63,031 nt of DNA from a virus. Its lineage: Duplodnaviria > Caudoviricetes. Location: the IMG/VR virus record IMGVR_UViG_3300031695_000005, positions 1-63,031 of that record, one strand, 5' to 3'. The translations under genes and the position numbers were made by a program. Below are positions 9,232 through 17,046 of the stretch, in pieces. Position 1 is the first letter of the stretch; the number at the start of each line of letters is the position of its first letter. The notes under the pieces were generated by a model, which did no database searches, was not told the DNA's origin, and was given only the letters and a program-made list of their open reading frames with translations.

Positions 9232-9657
9232 TTAGAATTTCATTCCGAAACCTAACATCATGTTTGTTGTTTTTTCACCTGAGTGATAAACAAGTTTTGG
9301 TTCTACAAATATTCCTTTATGAACTGTGAACATTTTACCTAAACCTAATGAAAGGTTATCAGTATCAAATTCTGGCATAGCTGCATACAAGAAAATATCT
9401 TGTCCTGCTACTGTCATAAAATATCTAGCATGTATATCAATTGCTAAATCTTGAGAAGAGTCAGCTTGTGATACAGCTAATCCAACCATTACTTTATTAG
9501 ATACTGCGTATCCTAAAGTTGGTTCTACTGACAAATCAGTCCAAGCAACGTTTGCAACGTCTCCTGTACCTACATACCAGTCTCCTTTTACATTTTGAGC
9601 TGTTGTGGATAATACCATTCCAACTACTAATGCTAAACTTAAAATTAATTTATTCAT
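9232..9657 (-). CDS. Small outer-membrane beta-barrel protein (Bacteroidota porin-like)
   Basis: Signal peptide ending TTA-Q, amphipathic beta strands and a C-terminal Phe beta-signal (LGFGMKF). Confidence 0.78.
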   Translation of the reverse strand: MNKLILSLALVVGMVLSTTAQNVKGDWYVGTGDVANVAWTDLSVEPTLGYAVSNKVMVGLAVSQADSSQDLAIDIHARYFMTVAGQDIFLYAAMPEFDTDNLSLGLGKMFTVHKGIFVEPKLVYHSGEKTTNMMLGFGMKF

Positions 9658-9735
9658 CTTTTAAAATTTTTTTTATTATTATTTAATATTCGGGAATTAT
9701 TCCCTAACATAGAAAACTATTTCCTATGTATGTTG

Positions 9736-9969
9736 TTAGCCTTTCGGCTCTAAAAAATCCTGTTCTTCTTCTTTCGTTGCATAACCTAAATCTCTCTTGC
9801 ATACTGAACAATATCTTTTAATAGATTTGTCTCCATTAAAGTTTATGATCACTCCTTCTTTATGACCACAGCTTGTTTGAATAATTTCTTTTTCTTTTTC
9901 TAATTCTTTTAATTTATTTTCAATTTTGTTAACATTATTTAAAATACTAGGGTTATCATCTCGTTCCAT
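9736..9969 (-). CDS. Small putative Zn-binding protein
   Basis: Coiled coil followed by CGH...CSVC. Confidence 0.5.
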   Translation of the reverse strand: MERDDNPSILNNVNKIENKLKELEKEKEIIQTSCGHKEGVIINFNGDKSIKRYCSVCKRDLGYATKEEEQDFLEPKG

Positions 9970-10391
9970 ATTTCTGATATTTTTTCACTGTAAGATTCTA
10001 CAAATACATAGGCAATTCTTAAAAGAAATACCAGTATTAATGTCTTTGTTAAAGATATAATTAATGGCCATGTTTTAAAATATTCTCTGTCAGGAGATAA
10101 TACTAAAAGAAATGAATCTGAATCTGGTATAGGTTCAAATTCTGGTGATACATAATCAGCTATTCCTAATTCTAAGAATAATTTATCATGTTCTCTTAAT
10201 TGCATTAACACGTATCCTTCTTGAGAGACTGGAGTATTTGCTACTTCTTCTGGTAAATTAATAACAGTATAGATTCTACCTACCCAATCAACTCGGAACC
10301 CTTTTTCTAAAAGTTTTACCTGGGCTCCTTTAGCAATCTTTTTAATTTTATTCCAGATTACTAATTCTTTATATAATTTTAATATGTACAT
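9939..10391 (-). CDS. Hypothetical protein with a C-terminal transmembrane helix
   Basis: 150-aa ORF with a hydrophobic segment near the C-terminus. Confidence 0.55.
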   Translation of the reverse strand: MYILKLYKELVIWNKIKKIAKGAQVKLLEKGFRVDWVGRIYTVINLPEEVANTPVSQEGYVLMQLREHDKLFLELGIADYVSPEFEPIPDSDSFLLVLSPDREYFKTWPLIISLTKTLILVFLLRIAYVFVESYSEKISEIWNEMITLVF

Positions 10392-10414
10392 GGTTTTGTT
10401 TGTTAGTTATGTAT

Positions 10415-11056
10415 TTATGCTTCTGAAAATACTTTCATACTTTCTAGTTGTTTTCTGACTATTTTCCTTCCTCTAAAAATCCTGTTCTTAACAGTTTGTA
10501 AGTTTATGCCTTTTTCGCTATCAGACATAATGTCTAAAATATCATTATAAGATTTTTTATTTAAGAATCTTTCTTCCATAAATCTTTTATACATTGGAGG
10601 TAAAGCCTTTATTGCTTCTGTTGTTAATCTTACCTTTTCAACTAAAAGATGTTCAGCTGCCCAGTAATCATCTTCAGTAGACCACGGCATTCCATTATTA
10701 GGTTCTGCGTTAGGTAATAAAAATGTTGGTGGATCAATACCTTTATCAGTAAATGCATTCATACTTACTTTTCTATTTCTATATCTAATCCAACCTATGC
10801 ATTCATTATAAGCAATACGATATGCCCACGTTGTAATTTGATAATCTTCATTATATTGATCAATTTTTAAATACACTGTAGTTAAAGTTGTAGATACAAT
10901 ATCTTCAGTAACATTAGGATCTTTTACAATATTATTTACATATGATCTTAAGCCTGGTCTCATCTTAGCATATAGTTCATTATAAACACTTTCTTTTCTT
11001 GTCTTTTTAAACTCTAATGCAAGTTCTTTGTACGTCTTTTTTGTTTTTTTAGCCAT
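10415..11056 (-). CDS. ECF-type sigma-70 factor (phage middle sigma candidate)
   Basis: Region 2 (EDIVS, TTWAYRIAYNECI) and region 4 (AIKALPP, SYNDI, TVKNRIFRGRK). Confidence 0.9.
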   Translation of the reverse strand: MAKKTKKTYKELALEFKKTRKESVYNELYAKMRPGLRSYVNNIVKDPNVTEDIVSTTLTTVYLKIDQYNEDYQITTWAYRIAYNECIGWIRYRNRKVSMNAFTDKGIDPPTFLLPNAEPNNGMPWSTEDDYWAAEHLLVEKVRLTTEAIKALPPMYKRFMEERFLNKKSYNDILDIMSDSEKGINLQTVKNRIFRGRKIVRKQLESMKVFSEA

Positions 11057-11576
11057 TTATAAAATCTTTTAAAGTTAGGTAATTTACTGGTGAATATCCC
11101 CAAAAGTCAGTACATACGTTAAATCTACTTTCAATTGTAAGATTGGTTTTATGAGAGAATACTGTATGACCATGCATATGAATAGTTCCAGAATCTTTGC
11201 CATTCCATACCGCTAATGGATAATGACAAATAATACTATCAAAATCAATTAATTCAACAATTGATTTCTTCATAAATTCTGCCTTAGGAAATTCATCTAT
11301 GATTTCTTCCAATGCTTCATCTTGGCTACCTTTTAAAAAATAGATTCTACCATTTAATTTTTTAAGTACCTTACGAGCAGTTGTTGGATCCCATGCAAAA
11401 TTTCCTAAATGAAATACCACATCTTTTTTCTTTACTTTTTTATTCCAATTTTTAATTAAAGCAGAATTCATATCTTCTACATTATCAAACGGTCTGTTTG
11501 CAATTTGAAGAATCTGTGGTCTACCAAACCATGTATCGGATGTAATATAAAAATCTTTTGGTATTTCTTTATTCAT
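11049..11576 (-). CDS. Calcineurin-like metallophosphoesterase fold, probably catalytically degenerate
   Basis: Family scaffold is clear, but the motifs read SDTWFG, HLGNF, KGSQD and HGHTV. Confidence 0.8.
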   Translation of the reverse strand: MNKEIPKDFYITSDTWFGRPQILQIANRPFDNVEDMNSALIKNWNKKVKKKDVVFHLGNFAWDPTTARKVLKKLNGRIYFLKGSQDEALEEIIDEFPKAEFMKKSIVELIDFDSIICHYPLAVWNGKDSGTIHMHGHTVFSHKTNLTIESRFNVCTDFWGYSPVNYLTLKDFING

Positions 11577-11613
11577 ATAATTAGTTTACAGTGTATTGTT
11601 TCATATAATACAG

Positions 11614-11645
11614 TATAAATATAAACAATTTAATTGGGATCTGAA
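11614..11645 (-). promoter_or_regulatory. Putative early promoter TTCAG-N12-TTnnT-TATnnT-TATA
   Basis: Same 32-nt architecture at 20549..20580 and 37956..37987. Confidence 0.55.
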
Positions 11646-11671
11646 AACTTTTTAAGAACTTTTTTCAAATA

Positions 11672-12874
11672 TTATGAAAATCTTTTCTTATCTTTAGCTA
11701 AAGTCTTAGCAATTAGCTCTTTTGAATAATTATTTAATTCTTTCATTGACTGAGAATCAATAGGTTTTTTATAAAAGTCTTCATAAATACCTTTGTACAT
11801 TTCTACTGTACTATCAAAAGGAACGCCTGGTTGAGCATTTGATTCAATAACATAAACTTTTCCATCTTTACTTTTCATTACATCAAAACATATAAAAGGA
11901 AACTTTTCATATATCTTGGAAAATCTTTCTAATACTTTAGCATAATCCTTAGGTAAATCTTTTATATCTCTTCTTTCATATTGAAATGACATTTCTTCAT
12001 TAGCTCCACCTTTACCAGTTTTAGCCTTTTCATTATCTGGTGTTCTTGCCATCCAAAAGATAGGCTTACCATTAAAATTCATAAAACGATGTTCTTCGGC
12101 TTTATCAACAAACTCTGAATATGTATCAAAGATCTTTTCATCAGCATCTTCCAATAATTCTGGTTTATCAAATATTTGAATACCCATTCCTGAATGACCT
12201 TCTGATGGTTTAGCAATAATAGGAAACTTTAAATTGCTTAATGCTTCATTTTTACTAAATACTGTTTTAGGTATTGCATCATCACCTTCAACTAATTTAT
12301 GAAATTCCTTTTTAGAACCAGATAATTTAATATCTTTAGGATGATTATAAATATTTTCTTCTTTGATCCTACCTTCTTTTAATAATTGATTAACAATATC
12401 ACTTTGGTAATTTAATATAGGATAATCAGGATTAATATCAAGCTTATCTATATTATTCTCTGTAATTTGAGTAAAGTATTTATCACCAGCAAAACCTTTA
12501 TAACTCCACCATCTTTGTCCACTGCTTCTTTTAGTTGCAAGATAAACTTTTTTTAATGCCGAATCATTTGCTGCTGATTCCTTTAGTAAATCTTCTCTAC
12601 CTAATTGTCTATATACTGCTTTTCTGGTTTTTTCCATCTTTTCAGCATACTTAGGATCACTCTTCTTATTAAAAACTACCTGTTGATTTAAAGATCCAGT
12701 TATTTTTCTTAAATCTTTATTTCTAGTTTTAATTAACCATGCGGCCAAATCCTTAATAGAAAGATCTTTAAATCTACCTTCAGCATCTGGTGCATCAGAG
12801 TCATGCCACTCTGGTGCTCCTTTAGGTTTTTTCTCTAATAAGAATTGTTCAAAAAGTTTTAGATATTTCAACAC
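11672..12874 (-). CDS. RimK-like ATP-grasp ligase with an N-terminal capsid-targeting-like leader
   Basis: FPIIAKPSEGHSGMGI, EHRF and FDVM...VIESNAQPG; N-terminus LKLFEQFLLE; late promoter at 12890..12897. Confidence 0.8.
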   Translation of the reverse strand: MLKYLKLFEQFLLEKKPKGAPEWHDSDAPDAEGRFKDLSIKDLAAWLIKTRNKDLRKITGSLNQQVVFNKKSDPKYAEKMEKTRKAVYRQLGREDLLKESAANDSALKKVYLATKRSSGQRWWSYKGFAGDKYFTQITENNIDKLDINPDYPILNYQSDIVNQLLKEGRIKEENIYNHPKDIKLSGSKKEFHKLVEGDDAIPKTVFSKNEALSNLKFPIIAKPSEGHSGMGIQIFDKPELLEDADEKIFDTYSEFVDKAEEHRFMNFNGKPIFWMARTPDNEKAKTGKGGANEEMSFQYERRDIKDLPKDYAKVLERFSKIYEKFPFICFDVMKSKDGKVYVIESNAQPGVPFDSTVEMYKGIYEDFYKKPIDSQSMKELNNYSKELIAKTLAKDKKRFS

Positions 12875-12888
12875 GAAGATTTATTTTA

Positions 12889-13779
12889 TTATATATCGTT
12901 GCCTCTACTGTTAAGTGCTAACCATTTAAATAATGAATCATCTATTGCATCTGCATTAACATTATGGGAACCTAAATTAATATCTAATTCTAAAAGATTT
13001 AAATTATCAGTAGGATGGCCTTTTATGGTAATTAGATTTTTATTTAAAGGTGGATAAGACATATGAGAAAAAGGTGTAGTTAACATTTCTTTTACTAAAT
13101 TAAAATGTCTTTCATAAATATGTAAAGAATGAACGATATGAGTATAAGAACCCATTTTTAAATCAGGATAAGTTAATCTTAAATGTTTTAACATTTGCTG
13201 TTGTAATAAACAAAAGAATGCTACATCAGTTGCTGTACCTAATACTAAATCATTAGATCTCATATCAACTGTAAAGTTTAATCTATTATCTCTGATTTGA
13301 AATATACCATTAAGAGTACATACAAAATCTTTATTACCTTTCCATTGGTGTGATGGTTTATTAAAATGAATAATTGATTGCCTTGAGTCTTTATCTTCAA
13401 TCAAAGAATCTAATGCCCATTGGTATTGATTTCTACCATCAGAAAGAGGTTCGTTAAATATAAGATTACCATAAGCAGAATTTACAGTACCGTCACCATT
13501 ATCTAATTGTTTCCAGAATTTAGAATACTTACTTATAAAATCAATATCCTTTCTTCCTGTAAAATACCATATAGTTTCACCAGCAATATATTTAAATTGG
13601 CTACTTCTTTTTTCATTTTCATAAAGTGGAAAATAAGGATCATCAATAACTAAAGCTGCATTACAAATTTCTTTAATTTCCATACCTCTTGGTTTAGAAG
13701 TATAATCAGGATTCTCTAAAGTATCTATTAATGCTTTTTCATAAACTTCTGCAAACGTATCTCCTCTATATGTTCTCAT
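12889..13779 (-). CDS. Thymidylate synthase superfamily enzyme, dCMP hydroxymethylase (T4 gp42) type
   Basis: ETIWY, NSAYG, DSRQ, DFVCT (catalytic Cys), MRSNDLVLGTATD (Asp at the specificity position) and SLHIYERHF. Confidence 0.8.
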   Translation of the reverse strand: MRTYRGDTFAEVYEKALIDTLENPDYTSKPRGMEIKEICNAALVIDDPYFPLYENEKRSSQFKYIAGETIWYFTGRKDIDFISKYSKFWKQLDNGDGTVNSAYGNLIFNEPLSDGRNQYQWALDSLIEDKDSRQSIIHFNKPSHQWKGNKDFVCTLNGIFQIRDNRLNFTVDMRSNDLVLGTATDVAFFCLLQQQMLKHLRLTYPDLKMGSYTHIVHSLHIYERHFNLVKEMLTTPFSHMSYPPLNKNLITIKGHPTDNLNLLELDINLGSHNVNADAIDDSLFKWLALNSRGNDI

Positions 13780-13951
13780 TCTTTTTATTTTTACGAGCCT
13801 TGACTCTTTTATACGCTTCTTCTATACAATCGCCATATTCTGTATATTTCCATTGTGGTTCTAGTGCTCTCATTTTTTTAGATTCCTCAAAGACATCATT
13901 ATTAAGTCCTTCATAGTGAGCATCATACATTATATCTTCAGCTTTTGACAT
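13766..13951 (-). CDS. Hypothetical protein
   Basis: 61-aa ORF overlapping both neighbours in the operon. Confidence 0.55.
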   Translation of the reverse strand: MSKAEDIMYDAHYEGLNNDVFEESKKMRALEPQWKYTEYGDCIEEAYKRVKARKNKKNENI

Positions 13952-14562
13952 TACTTAAACATGTTTAATTGTTTACTTTCTCCTGTTATTGTATTTTTAT
14001 GTTTTAGAAATTCTGTTATAATATGAGAAACTTCTATTGCACTCATTGTACCAACATTAATATGTAACTTATTTTTAATAGTACTTAATCGATGAGCTCT
14101 TGTAAATCCATCAACCTCAGCTTTAACTTCTTCTTCATTACCATAAAAGGATTTACCATCATCTCTTTTTAATATAGTATGTGGATCATTAGTTAATGTA
14201 ATTAAATAAAGATCTTCTCTTAATGCCCTTGTATATTTTTTTTCTATATCAAAAACAAAATCACCAGAGTAACCTCGATATAATGGTGAATAAACACTCT
14301 CACCTAAATGAGATCTATTAAAAATAAGATTAATGTCTAAATCATCTTTTAAATTTCCAACTTTTGATTTCATCATTAATTGAAACATCGTTTCATATAA
14401 CTTATTTGAATAAGTTGCATGTTTTTCTTTGTCATCTTTAAAAGGTAATGATGAATAATGAAGCTTATGAAAAACATGATCACTCATATTTTTAATAATT
14501 AAATCTTGTTGTGTATCTTTGCCAACATTATCAGTACCTTCTATTATAATAAATTTACTCAT
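13951..14562 (-). CDS. Thymidylate kinase-like dNMP kinase
   Basis: P-loop IIEGTDNVGKDT and NRSHLGESVYSPLYR. Confidence 0.8.
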   Translation of the reverse strand: MSKFIIIEGTDNVGKDTQQDLIIKNMSDHVFHKLHYSSLPFKDDKEKHATYSNKLYETMFQLMMKSKVGNLKDDLDINLIFNRSHLGESVYSPLYRGYSGDFVFDIEKKYTRALREDLYLITLTNDPHTILKRDDGKSFYGNEEEVKAEVDGFTRAHRLSTIKNKLHINVGTMSAIEVSHIITEFLKHKNTITGESKQLNMFK

Positions 14563-14580
14563 TGTTTTATTTTTATATAG

Positions 14581-15060
14581 TTAAAAGTTAGAATTGTTTA
14601 TTACAATATCATAATCAGTAAAATTATCAAAATCCAATTCATCAGCAGTAATTCTTCTTTCTATCTTATCATTAAGATCACCTCTTAGTTGTAATCTTTG
14701 CTTTCGGATTGCTAAAGGTATATCTAAATAAATGATAGTACAATCTTTTCTATCAATAGGATTAACTTCTGCAACTCCTTTAGGTGTCATTACAAATAGA
14801 TTACATGTGGTTTTGAATTGCTCATAGCTTGTACCATAAAACCATCCATTAAATTCAACATATTCATACCAATAATTATTATCAGCAAAAGCTTTAAAAT
14901 CTTTTTCAGATATAAAATAATAATCTTGGCCATCAATTTCCCCTTCTCTAGGAGGTCTAGTTGTATATGATGTACCGTATGTAAAACCTCTACCTTCTAA
15001 AACCTTTCTCATATGATCTTTTCCAGCAGCGGCCTTTCCTATTAATATAATTTTATTCAT
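14581..15060 (-). CDS. gmk: Guanylate kinase-like protein
   Basis: GKAAAGKD, SYTTRPPREGEIDGQDYYF and FYGT. Confidence 0.88.
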   Translation of the reverse strand: MNKIILIGKAAAGKDHMRKVLEGRGFTYGTSYTTRPPREGEIDGQDYYFISEKDFKAFADNNYWYEYVEFNGWFYGTSYEQFKTTCNLFVMTPKGVAEVNPIDRKDCTIIYLDIPLAIRKQRLQLRGDLNDKIERRITADELDFDNFTDYDIVINNSNF

Positions 15061-15280
15061 CCGCTCCTACTTCTGCTATTTCAAAATTTCTTTTTAATGT
15101 TTCTAAACAATCATCAGCCTCTGCTAACGATCTAGTTAACTTTTCCATTTCTTCTATATGTTGAGGATGTTCTCCTATACCTACAGGATTAGTCATATAG
15201 ATTGTTAATGTTGCTAATGCAAGTTGTCTTTGTGCTTCAAATTGTGCCTTAAGCGCGTCGTAAATTATATTTTTATTCAT
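15053..15280 (-). CDS. Conserved-looking small helical protein
   Basis: NPVGIGEHP motif between two helices. Confidence 0.6.
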   Translation of the reverse strand: MNKNIIYDALKAQFEAQRQLALATLTIYMTNPVGIGEHPQHIEEMEKLTRSLAEADDCLETLKRNFEIAEVGADE

Positions 15281-15281
15281 A

Positions 15282-15509
15282 TTAATCTGTTAGTAGTTGT
15301 GTATGTTCAAAATTATTTTTAATTTGTTCGTTAAAGAATTTACCAATAGAATCTGCTTTACATAAGTTATCATATAATTCAGGTTCTACATTAGCATATT
15401 CATATAAAGCTCCACCTGTAAATTCAACCTTAAGCGATTTAGTAGCAAAGTTATAAACGTATTTGTTGATCATTGATGAATCAACAGTTGATGATTGTTC
15501 TTGTATCAT
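15282..15509 (-). CDS. KTSC domain protein
   Basis: VDSSMI, LKVEF, YEYANV and ADSIGKFFNEQIK. Confidence 0.9.
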   Translation of the reverse strand: MIQEQSSTVDSSMINKYVYNFATKSLKVEFTGGALYEYANVEPELYDNLCKADSIGKFFNEQIKNNFEHTQLLTD

Positions 15510-15658
15510 TTTTTATTTAATTTAATTTTATAAAGTTTTTTTACTTGTTCTATTGTAAGGTTCTTAGTCTTTGCTAACCATTTCCATGCAGCTTCTTCAG
15601 ACTCAGCCTCCAATGATAGTCTCTTATCTTTATTAATAGAAAAGTTGTAAGTGTTCAT
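15506..15658 (-). CDS. Small hypothetical protein (50 aa, not in the ORF track)
   Basis: MNTYNFSINKDKRLSLEAESEEAAWKWLAK...; ATGA overlap with the KTSC gene and a promoter motif at 15676..15701. Confidence 0.6.
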   Translation of the reverse strand: MNTYNFSINKDKRLSLEAESEEAAWKWLAKTKNLTIEQVKKLYKIKLNKK

Positions 15659-15699
15659 AAGTATTGGATTTATTTTTATATGTCTTTTTTTAAAAAAGT

Positions 15700-17046
15700 T
15701 TACTTAATTGATGCTTTTAATTTCTTAAGATCAGTTAAGTACATTTCTTTAGGATCAGTACCCTTTAAAGTTTTTAATTCAATAATACAATTTGCCTTTT
15801 CTAATAACAGCTTTTCATATCTCTCTTTTGTTAATGAATGAATTGCCATTGATAAAAGATAATCATAAGATCCGTTAACAGTATCATACTTATTTGTTTT
15901 AAGATAAGTAACGATGGTTTCTTTAGGTACATTATTTACTTTTAATTTACCTTTTATTATATCATTAATAAATCTAGCTTTATTTGTAACTAAGGCTAAT
16001 TGCTTTTCTGTCTTATCTATTAGGTAATCTTTTCTGGTTTGGTACCAAGCTAATCTTACAATTACAAAATGCTGTACAATATCTTCAGCTTTATTAAATA
16101 TCTTAAGTTCGCCATTTTCATCTATCGTTGTTAAATTTTCAGTTTCTTGTGTATTTAACCTAAGTGCATTATTTAACTTACCTTTTGAAACTAAGTCATT
16201 TAATATTGACCTTTTAAATTTTAATATGTACTCAATTGTTTCAGAAGAATTATCATCATAGCTTGTAATTACACCTTTTTCCATTAAAAGATTTAAAATC
16301 TCTTCATATCTTTCATAAGTATAATTTGGAGGTATTGCAGTTATCTTTACTGTTGTTGTATTAATAATTTTATACTCTCCTTTTATTTTCCAGGTTTTAG
16401 GATTTTCCAAATCTCTAGTAAAAGTACCTTTAAATTCCTGTATCCAAGGTGCTAATACTTTCATTCTTTTATTATTAAGAGTAGCAATACATGCATCTAC
16501 TACATCTTTAGGATTTCTATTTAAAATATTAGTAGCAAAACCAACAGCAATACCAGATGTTCCATTTAATATAACAGTTGGTACAATTGGTAAAAAGAAT
16601 GCAGGTTCTATTTTTTCACCTTCTTCTATTTTATTTTCTAATAAATCAAAATCCTGATACAATAATCTAAAATTAGGATGTAATTTTGCACTTATGTAAC
16701 GAGGTGCACCTGCAGCTGGACTTCTTAAAGAACCAAATTGACCTACACCTTCTAATAATGGTAATGAGTTTTTAAACTTTTGTGCCATTCCAACCATTGA
16801 AGATTCTAATGAAGTATTACCATGATGATAAAATGCCTCAGCTGCTACCCTACCTGCAAGTTGAAAAAGCTTCATTGGTTTTTCATTACCTGTTTTCCAT
16901 ATCTTATTTGCAATATAAACAACCTTTCTCTGTGTAGGCTTAAGACCGTCTATACAACTCGGTATAGCTCTGTTCTCTACAACGTATCTTGCATACTCTA
17001 AATATTCTTTATCAAAAAAGGATGTTACTGTTCTATTGCTCTTCAT
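15700..17046 (-). CDS. Type II DNA topoisomerase, GyrA/ParC-like subunit (gp52)
   Basis: RAIPSCIDGLKPTQRK, YHHG, GQFGS and catalytic APRY. Confidence 0.95.
   Translation of the reverse strand: MKSNRTVTSFFDKEYLEYARYVVENRAIPSCIDGLKPTQRKVVYIANKIWKTGNEKPMKLFQLAGRVAAEAFYHHGNTSLESSMVGMAQKFKNSLPLLEGVGQFGSLRSPAAGAPRYISAKLHPNFRLLYQDFDLLENKIEEGEKIEPAFFLPIVPTVILNGTSGIAVGFATNILNRNPKDVVDACIATLNNKRMKVLAPWIQEFKGTFTRDLENPKTWKIKGEYKIINTTTVKITAIPPNYTYERYEEILNLLMEKGVITSYDDNSSETIEYILKFKRSILNDLVSKGKLNNALRLNTQETENLTTIDENGELKIFNKAEDIVQHFVIVRLAWYQTRKDYLIDKTEKQLALVTNKARFINDIIKGKLKVNNVPKETIVTYLKTNKYDTVNGSYDYLLSMAIHSLTKERYEKLLLEKANCIIELKTLKGTDPKEMYLTDLKKLKASIK

Noticed and set aside
12889-13779. Annotation as ordinary thyA
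   Set aside because: Asp replaces the dUMP-specifying Asn and the motifs fit gp42-type enzymes better; not fully excluded without an assay
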